DNA of 64,000 nt from Paramecium tetraurelia (Eukaryota): assembly GCA_000165425.1 (NCBI GenBank), contig CT868574.1, forward strand, positions 248,001 to 312,000, in the 5' to 3' direction. The notes below the pieces were generated by a model. That model was not told where the DNA came from and did no database searches. It saw nothing but the letters and a program-made list of their open reading frames with translations. Shown here one piece after another: positions 1-13,100 of the stretch (position 1 is its first letter; each line of letters opens with the position of its first letter). Position numbers and translations under genes: made by a program.

Positions 1-231
1 ATACATGCCAATAGGGTTCAAAATTAGTATCCAGATACTTCTTTAGATGCTCTGCCATCTTAATATAAGTTATGAAACTGTTACCTTTTATCCATCTTTA
101 GCTTCATATGTTTTCAAACAACTTTGTGTTTCATTTATTGCTCCTTCTAGAATATCATCAGGACAATCAGGTGGCCACAACACTCTAGCACCCAAGTACA
201 TCCTATATTATGCTGTTGTTTGAGATGACAT
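1..231 (-). CDS. Dynein light chain type 1 (LC8-like), truncated by window edge
   Basis: MSSQTTAQYRMYLGARVLWPPDCPDDILEGAINETQSCLKTYEAKDGQK|26-nt intron 59-84|MAEHLKKYLDTNFEPYWHV; matches the LC8 'A..IKK.FD..Y.P.WH' pattern. Confidence 0.8.
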
Positions 232-264
232 TTTTATTATTTAATTAATTAATTAAAAATATAT

Positions 265-2748
265 TCATAGAAAACACAATTATTCAAATTTTGAAACCTT
301 AAAAGTAAAAACTTATTCAATCACATTCTGAAATAATAGATTAAATAAGAATAACCTTAGAATTCTTAGAAGTACTATATAATCGTTGGCTTAATAACGA
401 TTGGGTTAAATTTTGCCAATTTATTTAAAGTTAAATTTACTTAAAATGAAACATAAATACTCATCATTCCCTTCCCAATACCAAGGATATTAGATCTCCA
501 GCCAAAACTTCCTGGAAAATATTAATTAATTACTTCTACGAAAACAGAACAATCATTGTTTTGAGTATCATTTTTTGATAAGGTATAAATATGATTGTCG
601 AATGAAGCAAAGATTGATCTATCAAAACCACAACTATATGATTTGAATTTCTTTTATGGCAAGATGCTATATTTATTAATCTTTTATACTTACTCTATTT
701 GGTTTCTCTTGCAAGATTTAGCTGAATTTTTATTACTTACAGATTGTCCACATTAATTATATTTGTTGTAACCCCAAGAAAGGTATTGTTCGCTTTAATT
801 ACTCTTACAAAACACTCTTACTACACAATGATAAGCACCTATTTAAAAATCTCTAAAATTATAAGAACATAATTGTTTACTTAATTTCATATTCGTTCTC
901 AATATTAATCCTAATTGGATCTAATAAATGAATGATAATCTAGTCATCGAGCTCTGGGCATTTCAGAAACCCAAAGACTTCATGTTCGTTACACCCCCAC
1001 ATATAAAGGTTGTTTTCTAAGGAAAGTGCTGCAAAACAAGAATATCCTGCCTAGATTTACTTAGCCTTTAGATTTATCTTTCTAGGGACCAATTAACTAT
1101 TAGTTTAATCAGCACATTATAAATTAATGGCCTCTTTCTAAGCATTTAGCACCTTGATAATATTGTCCCCAAATAAGTTTTGCATCTTACCCCAAGTATA
1201 CACGTCCCCTAAATCAGATCGGCATATTGATATTTCTTGTCCTGCAGATATATCAACTACAAATATTTAATTATTCTTGAAATAAGAGATTTGTTAAGGC
1301 TACATAGAACTAATGGTCATTCCTAATTGATAATATTATTTGATGTTTACCATTTCCTAATTAACCGTGCTTATTGTATCCCCAAGAAAGTACATTGCCA
1401 TCCACAGTAAGTGCCAATGAATGGTATAATCCACAGGCTATTTTACTAATTGCTCTATCTGTGTTAATGTGATAAGGGGGACTAAGATCAAAATCTTTAA
1501 TTGGATCTACATCGAAATGTTAAGTAATGTTTTCATCATAGAAATTAAGTATGCTACCCCATTAACAGGCCTGGAATCTAGTACTCACCAGTGCCACTGT
1601 ACTAACACTCATATAAACACATACTCTTTTTTGATAGATACATTCCTTATTTATTATTTCTCCAGCAAAACCAAACTATAATCTTCAATTATAAGATAAC
1701 TTTTATCTTCCTCATTTACAATCTATTTTATTTAGAATAGTTCTAAAAATTGATTTGAATCCTCGATTAGGACAGAACTAATAGTCCCTTACAGATAGAG
1801 AGAAAGAGGCTCAGAATATTTAACATATAATTTGATTGGACATAATTCATGATCAGATGACCAACCATATTTATTTTAGGCTTCAACGGATAAGTAGACC
1901 ATTTCATTGAATGGTAATTCGCCTTTAGTTAAAGGGTGATTTCTTGTAAAGGTTAGTGTTTACTATTAAACTTACTCTTTGTTGTTCTGAAATTCGAGCA
2001 CTACTCTCTTTGCTGGTTACAAAGACAATGATTAATCATATATATCTAATTAATATATCCTATAAAGAGTGATTTCGCATCCGTATTCCTCTGGCTTATT
2101 GAAACTTACCTTAATACTATATTATTATTTTTCGGGATCGCTTTATACAAATATCTCCTTTATAATTTCAGGTGGTAGAGGCTATTAAATCTATTCAAAT
2201 AGTTTATCAATGACTTTTGGTTAAGGCCTAGGAGCCTCTTCCTCTTCGGGTGCGTTCTATTGTCCATGCCCTTGATTTCTAGGCGATCTTATGTTTATAT
2301 CGTATCGACCATCTTGTCTTAAGTGCTTGGTAATGACAAGGTCTCTTTAAGTGGTATTTATTTCTAAGAAATGCAAATTTAATATCTCTGCTAATCCTTA
2401 CATGGTACTTTTGATTCTTTGATTGTTGCCATAATAATTTTCATTTAATCTTATGAAAATCTTACCCTCATACGAAATGAACTTTAGCAATACATCCTTC
2501 ATACAAATTTCCAGTTGATAAAATTTTTCTTCCAAGTTATTAAGCAAGTCCTGCTATTATTATTAAAGCTAATTTGTATCTCTCCCTTAAAATGTAGCCT
2601 CATTGATTGTCAACTTGATATTTTTTAGCTGATCTTCTATTTTAATTATAGGGTCAATTATTTAGTTCTTGACACCTTTAGGGGCAGAAAACAATTCTGG
2701 ATTTAGGGTTCTTTAATTTTACATTTGATTCTCATTTGCTTGATTCAT
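265..2748 (-). CDS. FN3 + RCC1-repeat protein
   Basis: FN3-like PEEYGCEITLYRI...VEAQNKYGWS; RCC1 repeats [62 protein letters not shown]; tiny introns; 3' end approximate. Confidence 0.75.
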
Positions 2749-3231
2749 TATTATTAAAAATAAAAATACTAAATCAAATAGTCTTATATAAATCTCATGA
2801 TTTTTTATATTCTAGTTAGATATTGTCTAAAAGACTCTGATTTTCCATTCCTAAATTTACATACAATTAATCGAGTTACTGCTTAATATCATTAGTTTTG
2901 GACTTTCTTGGTTTGATAATAGTAATGAATGTATTGTTTAATGTTAATTTTAGGGAATATTAAATTTTATATTACCCTAGCTGGTTGTTAATAGAGTTTG
3001 TAATTAATGAAATATTTTCTTAAAATAGAATTTGTATTTTTAGTTTATTTCGATAAAATTGATATTAATCCTATTCCACTTAGATATATCTATTAGATAT
3101 CTGTTTACTTATTCATTAAATTATGTTATCTTCACTTATAAATATCTATATCGATTATCAATAACGATGTATAGGAATATAATAAAAAAAGTCAAATTAA
3201 GAATATTAATATTAATTTCTATTTATTTAAA

Positions 3232-6200
3232 TCAAAAATCAAATGGATTATCATTATTCATTGATTCTTCCTCTGAATCATTAGCATCATCCTTCTTTTT
3301 CGGAGCTTCTTATTAGAATTAAAAGGCACTAATCTATGACTTTTATTATTATTGGGCAGCACTAGCTGGTTTGAAAGATTACTCTTGGAATAGCGGTTAT
3401 TAGTTATCATTGCCCAACCATTACTAGGCAATATTCTAAGATTTTTAAGTTTGATTTAAAATCTAATTACTTGATTGATTGATAGTTTGATTCATTTATT
3501 TTTACTATGTCTGATTCATTTATTATGTTTAATTCATTTGTTATGTCTGATTCAAAGATGGCACTTAGAATTATTATCCAGTCTAACCAAATGCTGAAGA
3601 CTTATTAACAACAGATTTAGATGGATTTCCAAAGAAATCATCCATTTAGTCAAAGTCATCGAAATTATTTGCATCTTATATTAATTTTAATTTTGGAATT
3701 TATGGTTGAATGGGTTCTAAGACGTCGCCATATTCAGTATGTTTGACAGACACAAATTTTCTTTCCTCAGGTTTAGCTTCCCTTTACATATTCCATACAT
3801 TCCATTTTTCTCTACCCTGATTCTTCAATGCCTATTCTGCTTCTAACTTCTTCTTTCTTTTCGCTTCCTCCAACTTTGCTAATCTATCAGCTTCCTCTTA
3901 AAGTTCCCTCTAGGTTTTGCCCCTCTCTTTTTTTCCTCCTCTCTCTTTGAATAAGTCAATCTTTGTATTGATTCCAGCATTGGGATTAACATCTTCAGGT
4001 AAAGTGGATTCCAATACATACAACAATCTCCACACCAAATATGTATTGCATAATCCATGAACTAATTCGAATGCCAATACCAAGTACACCCACAATGACC
4101 CATAGAATACTTTTTTCTCTAAATCCCCTACAAAATCACCTAATGCTAAAATATAGGATTGACTGATGATGCCATAAAGAATCAGTTCTGAAAGTACCTC
4201 CTTAACTCTCAAAAACCAATTTTTCATTAGGAAACATGTTGCAAAACCTATAACAGCTCTGGGGATGATGATGAGTAATATCTATTGGAATGGATCATCA
4301 ACATAGACCATAGCATAAGCAATGAATACCTTCTTGATGAAATCTTGTTGACTCATAAAAACACGACGTTTGCGATCGTGATCATGGCAACCATCAGTCA
4401 AAGTACCAAACATAGACTTGACTTCTGCTTCTGTGCCAAAATAATCCCTAAAGAATGCCAATAAGAAAAATGAGGCTTAAACTAAAAGTATGAATAGTAA
4501 TAAGATTAAGGCTATCACTGTATTTGTACCATTCCAATTCGAAGCCATAGAATTGTGTCTGACATTATGCAAACAGCTAATTAAAAGTTCTAATAAGAAC
4601 ACTTCATAAAATTTGATAAAATAACTAAATTCTAGTTTATCCAAAAAGACTTCAAAAACATAGAAGACATATTTATGATAAACTAGTTTAGTGAATGCAT
4701 AAACAGCCAAAGAAACTCCAAGATAAAACAAGAATAAGCCTCCCGTGTTATTGATAACTTAATAGGTTAAACCAGCCATTGAGAACCTCCTCAAGGATTG
4801 CAAATATTAATCAGTTTACTATTATAGGAAATTGGGTAGTATGTATAAATTACTGTATCTTAAATCTACAAGTAACATTTCGGAATTGAGAGGATAAGAT
4901 CTCAAATTGATATAATATAAGGTGCATATAACTTGAAGTACTTCTATAGTTTTCCAGATTCGATATTATTAGTCCAAAAATCCAGCTCCAATCATTAATA
5001 TCCAATTCAATATTTGTAAACCATAGGCTAGGTTTCTAAGAAGAGTAAAGAATTCGATTTCTGCAGAATTGTAGAATTCCTTATCTTCCAAATCTATACT
5101 TTTGGTGATTTTATCAGGATTGATGGGTACATCATAATAATTGGTAAGTTTTTTTTGATCTTTCAAAGTGACAGTAAGAGTTTGGGATACTACATTTTTC
5201 AAGAATGTAAATTGAATTTGGATTGTTTGATTGGAACCACTACTATTAACGAATTCATAAGAATAATCTTTTTCTGTGAATCCATTGATGGACAAAGTGA
5301 ACAGAGTGCTAATATTCTTAGTAATAACATCATCATATTTGATTTGATTTGTGAATGTGAGTTGTATGAGTTGTGGATCCAAGATAAATGATTTTAATTC
5401 GAATTCCCACCCTAAAGTATCAAAACATTCTGATGGTCCTTCATTCTGCACAAGTCTACAATTGGCATCCTCTTCTATTGCACATTCTCTGCTACAACCA
5501 TCATCATTAGCAAGATTACCATCATCACACTTTTCATTAAGTGATACCAAACCATCTCCGCACTTATCTTCAATCTTAATGCATTTATCTTCTAAAGGTC
5601 TATAGCCTTATTGGCACTTGGTACATGTATTTAGTTCAAAATTACATGCTAAACACAACTCCCCCATATCACAGAACTTGCAAGAACCAAAAGGAGAATA
5701 ATAATCATCGCAACTTGTACATTATGTTTCTGTCTTACAGACAGTACAATGAAGTGGACATTTCTTGCACCACTATCCTTTCAATTCATGTTCCTTAATG
5801 TAATATCCATCTGAACATTTCAACACACATTGGGTTCCATCCAAAATATATGGAGAATTGCATCTAAAACATTGAGCATTGTTATAGCATCTGACACAAT
5901 TTTCTCCACATTTTAGACAGGCCTATAGAAATGGATCTGCATAGTAATTATCTCCACAATCATCTGTACAAGTCTTCTCAGACTTGTAATATCCATGGTA
6001 ACATAATTCACAGCCCTCTATGTCTGTGTCTGTACAGATGGCACAATTTGTGATACAGGGATAACATTCATCTCTGGTCACATTATCTTACATCAAAACT
6101 TATGAACAACCAAATGATGTCTCAATCAAACAGAGACTACTACATCCATCTCCATTTCTAACATTACCATCATCACACTCCTCTTTGGCATCTCTAACAT

Positions 6201-9185
6201 TATTTCCACAAGTAACTATACATATATCCTTCTTGGTTAAATCACCTCCCTCACAAGAGTACGATAATTCAACCTTGCAATTACTACTACACCCATCTCC
6301 ATCTATTAGATTACCATCATCACATTCTTCAACATCAACCACCTTTTTATTGTCTCCACATATAGGTGCACACTTGATTTTGGTTGAACAATCCCAGCCA
6401 GTTTCAATTTTACAACTAGCACTACATCCATCTCCATCCACTGTATTACCATCATCACAATCCTCATTTAATGAATGAGACTTTCCATTTCCACAAACAT
6501 CAACACCACACACTGAGGGTTAAACTGAATTATCACATACAAATCCCATGGCAATAATACACAAATAACACCCATCGCCACTTGCATTATTCCCATCATC
6601 GCATTCCTCACTTCCTGAAACTATACCATTTGGGCAAGTTTTCACACAAGTGTCAGGTGATGTAGGTGAACCTCCAGAACATTCATAATACTGATCAACT
6701 TTACAACTTGTACATCCATCATTGGAACTAAGATTACCATCATCACAATCCTCGATTTATTGTTTTTTTCCATCTCCACAATTATTGCAAATATCCGGAT
6801 TCCCACCATTACATGTCCATGAGGGTTCTATTTAACATATGTTGCTACACCCATCTAGACTAACTGTGTTGCCATCATCACAAGTTTCATAGGGTTCTTT
6901 TTTGCTGTTACCACACATATGACATTGACTTGGATTACTTGCATCACATGTCCACCCTATCTCAACCAAACACAAGTGACACCCATCATATTAAATAGTT
7001 NNNNNNNNNNNNNNNNNNNNNNNNNNNNNNNNNNNNNNNNNNNNNNNNNNNNNNNNNNNNNNNNNNNNNNNNNNNNNNNNNNNNNNNNNNNNNNNNNNNN
7101 NNNNNNNNNNNNNNNNNNNNNNNNNNNNNNNNNNNNNNNNNNNNNNNNNNTTCTGATTGGAAACCTAAGGGGGTGCCCGTCATTAGAAGTGTTACCATCA
7201 TCACATTATTCAGTTTATGATTTTGCACCATCATTATCCAGTTTGCCATTGCCACATAATAATGTGCATTAGGATGGAAACGAATAGCCACATTCCCATA
7301 AATCATGATCAATGGCACAATTCGAACATCCATCATTTAATACATTGTTACCATCATCGCATTCCTCTGTGAAACTTAAAGCAGCTGGTGTCAGAACCTC
7401 GTCTCTCACACCATTACCACAATATTTAACACAAGTTGTCAACTCGTAATCTGTTGCTGGAGCACAATTGTACCCCTTTTCATACACACAAGTAGCACTA
7501 CATCCATCTCCACTAGATGTTCCAGAATCGTCGCAGTCCTCACTAGGAGGCTCTTTGTATCCATTACCACAAGCAGCTTGTATGCAGACTTAACTTGGAT
7601 TTACGTAATAACTCTATGTTGAATCACAAAATGAGCAGAAATTATGACTTGTCATATCAGTTATCACATAATAGTCAGTAGAACAAGGACTAGTACTGCA
7701 TAAAAATGTGGAATCCAACTTTGCAGCTAAACTACAAATATAACAATAATTTTCAGAGGTTGTCAAACTGTATCTACCGATTGTGCAATCTGCTTAGCAA
7801 GGATTGTTTATAAATATTTAGAATCCCTCTTCAAATCTGAGCATTCTCAATTGTATTGTACCTTAATACGGATTTAGAGCGTCTCCAATGTAAGATTTAT
7901 CAGTTCCTGAATACTTACTACTTATTGTGGCTGTGTAAGTGATTTGAACATATCCACTTAGGATTGACCCATCCTAAGCCACAATATGATAATGGGATAG
8001 AGTATTAACCTAACTTTATAAGCTTCCCGCAAAAGCGACAGATAATTGAAGAAAATACCACTAATCCACTTGACAATCAAATTGGACTATTAGTTTAGCC
8101 ACTGTTTCCAAAGTCAATACAATACCTAATTTACCACTTGCCTGCAGTGCCAATTTGATAGAAAATAGGTTTACAGCTCCTGATGTTTATCTCTATAGCA
8201 AAATAATATCAGCTGCGAATTGAGGCAAACTCTTTTGAAGGATGTAGGTTCCAAATGTATAAGAACTTGTAACAGTAGTCCATTTAGCAATAGGAATAGT
8301 TAGGACAGGATGAGTTATATCCAGTTCGTAATATGTAAATTTCATTGCTTATTGTAAAGTCAAAGTTCCTGAACTTGCAAGGTTCGTAACTGTGGTTTTA
8401 GTAACCCTATCAAACCGATATAAGTAGCATCCGGCATTTGTTTTTCCTTCCAGAAAGTAAGCAAGTTTAAATATATTTTCATCTGTAGTTTCATAGTAAT
8501 TTGGCATCCATTTCAACTTTTTAATGTCCCCACAAAAACTGTCTTGTGCGCCCCAGTACAATGCTTCAATAGCTGTGTTTGTTGACAAGGGAGTGTTGAA
8601 ATTCACTTTTGAGGCTGAGAACTTCTTTTGTTGCCAAAATATTTACTTAGTTTCCCAAGTGCTTAATTCTATATAGGTTTTTATTTGAGATTACTTAATT
8701 CTCCAGTAGTATAGTCTAAGCCTGCATAAATAAACATCCAATCTCCTGAATATGCAGCACCCATCTGAGTAATATCAGTATAGAGTATGGGGTCACTTGG
8801 CGATTCTGAGTATCCCAATTAGAACCCTCTATTAACGGAGTCCAGCGAAAAGTACACAGCCAATCTTATCCCTTCCGTAGTTGTGGGAACTGTATCTGTG
8901 GTATCTGTGCTTACCCGAAGAATGCCGTATGACTTACCACCCAATGTAGGTGCACTGGGAGGTTTGAGCCAAAAAGATACAGAGAACTTGACAGCATTCT
9001 CTGTGGTAGCACCTAAGGTAGCAAATGGGAATTTGATGAGGGATGCTCCAGGTACTAGGGAATCAATTTAAATATTAACCTGGGGGAGTGCAAACTCCAC
9101 TAGTTTAAGTAGTGCCAATCAAAGTAACGGGAGTGGCACATGGTTATCCATTTAAGTAGTGCAGCAATAAAAACAGTGTTAGCAT
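3232..9185 (-). CDS. Very large surface receptor-like protein: signal peptide, LamG-like, Myxococcus-type Cys-rich (CDDGN) repeats, furin-like repeats, multipass TM C-terminus
   Basis: [13 protein letters not shown] signal; FSVSFWLK / WMFIY LamG-like motifs; about 10 visible CGNG..EECDDGN..GDGCS repeats; hydrophobic helices at ~4000-5030; ends ...NDNPFDF*; spans the N gap. Confidence 0.8.
7001..7150. other. Assembly gap (150 N) inside the cysteine-repeat array
   Basis: Run of n; CDDGN-type repeats on both flanks. Confidence 0.99.
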
Positions 9186-9299
9186 TATTATAAAAATTAA
9201 TGTATAAAATGTAAAATTAAAGGCATTCCAAAAATAAGCAAGAAATTATAAAAGAGTTGAAATCACTATAATTTTTACCACTTCAATTTAATAATTTCG

Positions 9300-10090
9300 A
9301 TGCAAACACTAAGACATTATGAAGCTATGGCTGAGGAAGTCAGAAAAATCATGATATCAGGAAAGCCCATTCCCCCAGATTATTAGGAGGTTATCGAAGA
9401 GTTTCTGCCTACTGAAGACAAATATCCTTCTAGAAGAGTCATTACTATTTATGAATATCCAGACAGCAATCCCGCTTTATTTTTGGAGAACAAGAGGGGA
9501 TTTCGATTGCAATTCATGTTTCTCTTCCTGTCAAACGAGTTGGCTGCTCAGTATACATTTTTATTCAAGTAGGTTTTACGAGGACGTTATGAACAATGGA
9601 CCGCTCAAATGGTAGATTGCAAGATTCTATCTAGAGGTGGCAGACAATGTGGTATTCATTAAGACCAGAGGACAGAGGGCGACAAATATGTTGTAAAAGA
9701 TTCAGCATGGAATTCAGACTCAACCTTTGTGTGTGTTTCATTATAATATGAAAATGAGAGTAATTATTTTGCCTGATTTTATAGACACTATTGCACATCC
9801 TAGAGCAAGGCAATTGGTGTATTAGAGTAGTGTGGGGTCCACCTGTAGATGTGCCTCTACATGGAGGAGATGCAGAAAAGGTTGAGAATGTGATTGCAAA
9901 GACAGAACCAAAATTAGAAATACAGAAGAAGGAGGAGATGGAATAGGAAGTTACTAAGAAAGTTTAGATCAACGAAGAGGAGATCAAAAACAAGAGTTCC
10001 ATTTATATCAAGTCTATTGAATATTATAGTAGATTAGCAGAGTAGACTGTGCAGAAGTTGAGGGATGAGAATCAGAAGAAGAAAGCATGA
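9300..10090 (+). CDS. Hypothetical protein (2 tiny introns)
   Basis: MQTLRHYEAMAEEVRKIM...KWQIARFYLEVADNVVFIK...LEQGNWCIRVVWGPP...; continuous frame after removing gtatac..tag and gtaatt..tag. Confidence 0.7.
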
Positions 10091-10130
10091 ATAATTTCAT
10101 AATCCTATTTTATTATAATAATATTAATAA

Positions 10131-13100
10131 ATGCAAATTCGGGAAAATTTATACAATTGGCTTTGCTCATTAAAGGTGCTGCCTTAGGATGGAAAGAAAT
10201 ATGCAGACAAGGTGGAAATTAGCAAGGCATCCTTATCTCAATTGGAAAATGGCATTGCTTTTGGATAATTGCTCAAGGAAATTGTGAAGTTACGAAACAG
10301 GTTCCTTTATTAATCAATTTAAAAGACCTTCGACTCCCTTGGCAAAGTTGGACACACTCAAAGATAATTAGTAGAAGTCCTCAATCTTATACAATTGGAA
10401 GATTCTATGCGAGGAATATTAGAAGGTCGATATCCAGATTGATTAAGACACCAAGGCCTTGATTCTAGGAGGGGATAAGGAAATGATACATCAATTACTT
10501 TTGGAAATTTATGATAAATATTATCGAGGTCAGTAACAAACATAAGTCTTATAGCAATCTCAAATGTTAGATGACTCATTATTAAGTTTAGGTGGAAACA
10601 CCAAACTTTTAGCTAACAGTAAAATCTCCCAAGGTACACATTTGATTAATTTTATGCTAGCTAATTAATAAGTTGATTTATCAAAATTAGATCCGAAGAA
10701 AGATCTTAATAAAACATCAAATTGCTTAGAATTCTTTATAGTTGCTTTGGCTAAGAACTTGTAACTGTCAATTAAATAGTCTGCCTCTCTCTTTACTAAT
10801 AACAACAAATACCTTGCTCACATATTGGCCAAGGGAGTGAAGGGAGTATTCGAGCCAATAGTTGCCTTTTATAAAGAAACCTATGCGAATGGAAATTAAT
10901 TAATAAAGTTATTTAATGAGGATTCCACTAAGAAATCACTTACATTTGCCTTGCAAGTATTACTTTGTTATTATTATACTCAGGCTCTTAAACCTGGATT
11001 AATATCCAAATCTTTTGATGTAGCCTATGAATCAGTTCGATTATTCACTAGATTAGGTTCTATGATACCAGTATAATTATTAAGGGAATGGTTCCTTGAG
11101 GAGTAAGGAGGGTTACACACAGCATTAATGGGCACTCGGAGACATCCAGAATTGGTGTCATTTCACGTCGAGATGATATAATAGTTTGCAAGAAACAATT
11201 TTGTGGAAGTATTTACAACTGGGATCAGAACTGTATTGCCTGAAACAAAGGATTTCATAAATTCAATTGAATTAATCTACATTCCTTTAAGTCATAATCA
11301 AGAGTTGGTGTCAACTGGCATTTTGAATGATTGGGTGACTTCAGCTATAGGAATTGCTGAAAATGAATTTAAAAATACAATTGATACCAGAATATCTTCC
11401 CTTAATTTTTTAAGTGAAGTACTTGGCAATACAGAGTTAGATGAATCATTGACGAATACGATCATTGCACTACTCAAAAAGGGATCTAGAGATAAGTCAT
11501 AATCACTTTCCTTAATGTGTCTAAATCATTTGTTTAAGTTGCTCAATCATTTCAGTCTTTAAAAGAGCAACTTTGCCCCACTCATATACAAGAAGTAAAT
11601 ACCATATTAATTGTGTTTAGTTTAACATTGTCTTTGGTGGAGAATCATGATAACCAACAAATCAGAGAGTATATTTTGAATAATTTCATTCACATCTTCT
11701 CCACCATGGAAGCAGTACCGATTAACTTGGTTCTTGAGAATTTAATCAAGTAGATGTAAACATCAGAGGGAGTCACTTACATTTTGAATACATTTGATAT
11801 GCATTTCTTTATGTTCGTATCCAATCTGAATATAGGAATTAAGAATGCTATTTAATTGCTGGACTTCTTGGCAAAAATATTTTTAAACAATCTGGTCTAT
11901 TAGAGTATATCATCTGAAATCATTATCAACATCTTGTCGAAGAATGTAGAGAATTAGACAATGTAAGAATTTATCTTAAAGTTCGTCAAAATTGCATTAG
12001 CTATGTTTTTTGCATCTGAAAAAAAGAAATAAACTAAGGATCCCATCAGTGCACAGAAGCGTAATTAAATTGTTGAGATTGTCAGAACGATAATTCAATT
12101 TTAATAACAACTTTTGAATGAGAAAATTAAACCATTGATTGCACATACAAATATACAAATAAAGTAATTCAGTAAAAGAAATTCTAAAGGAATGATGGCA
12201 ATACTAGAACTATTCGGAAATGCTGAAAGAATATTGGAATAATATGAGATTGAATATCGAGAATAGTAAGCAAGTAAATTGTAAGGACCTCCTGAAGACG
12301 ATGATTAATTGGTTCCATTCAATTCTCGATCTATAGGATCTATTAAATTATCAAAGGAGGAACAGTATTCTCTTGCTTCCTTAAAAACTACTAAAGCAGA
12401 TCCAAAGGTTCTAGAGAAATTAGAAACCCTCAAGAAATAATTTGATGATAGAGCCACAAATGAGGCATAAAAAATAGAATAAATGAAGGAGGCCTAACAG
12501 AAACAAAAGGCCAATCTTAGAAAATAATTAGAAAAAAGATCAGTTGAATAAGGTGTGTCAATTGTGAAGGACAGGGAAACTAATTTAGTATTTAAGGATG
12601 GATCAAAAAGTGCAGCCTAGCCAAATAAACATGGGTTGACAGAATACGAAGTGTGGGATTTACAATTAGAAGAAGATAGAGAGCGTTATTTAGTGGAACA
12701 ACTCTTTAGAAAGTATCATAAGATATTTAAATATGTTTTCTTTAAATATGCTAATTCAGGAAATAAAATTATAAAGCCAAAAGATTTTGATGAATTGAAA
12801 GATCAATCTGATACTATAAATGAAGCTGAATTGTGGGCATTCCTTAAGGATTATGAATTAGTATTCAATGTTTCTAGAGAACAAGTACATGCTTTGATGA
12901 GGTCGATTGCAATCTAGCTATTGAAATGCAAAAATGAATTAACAAATTTCAATTATGAAGGATTCAAACACATTGTTACATAATATGCCTGCATTCTATT
13001 TACTAAGAGAACCAAATACATTTAACCTCATACTTGCATTGAAATGATGATCTAAAGGATGAAATAAGTAACAGCAGCAAAAGGATAGACCACCTAATTA

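Noticed and set aside
5155..7272. Plus-strand Ser/Pro/His-rich ORFs in the track
   Set aside because: Antisense shadows of the CDDGN repeats; two tracked ORFs also run through the N gap.
5500..7570. Regularly spaced repeats as CRISPR or horizontally acquired myxobacterial DNA
   Set aside because: They are degenerate protein-coding repeats inside a gene with TAA/TAG-Gln codons and tiny introns.
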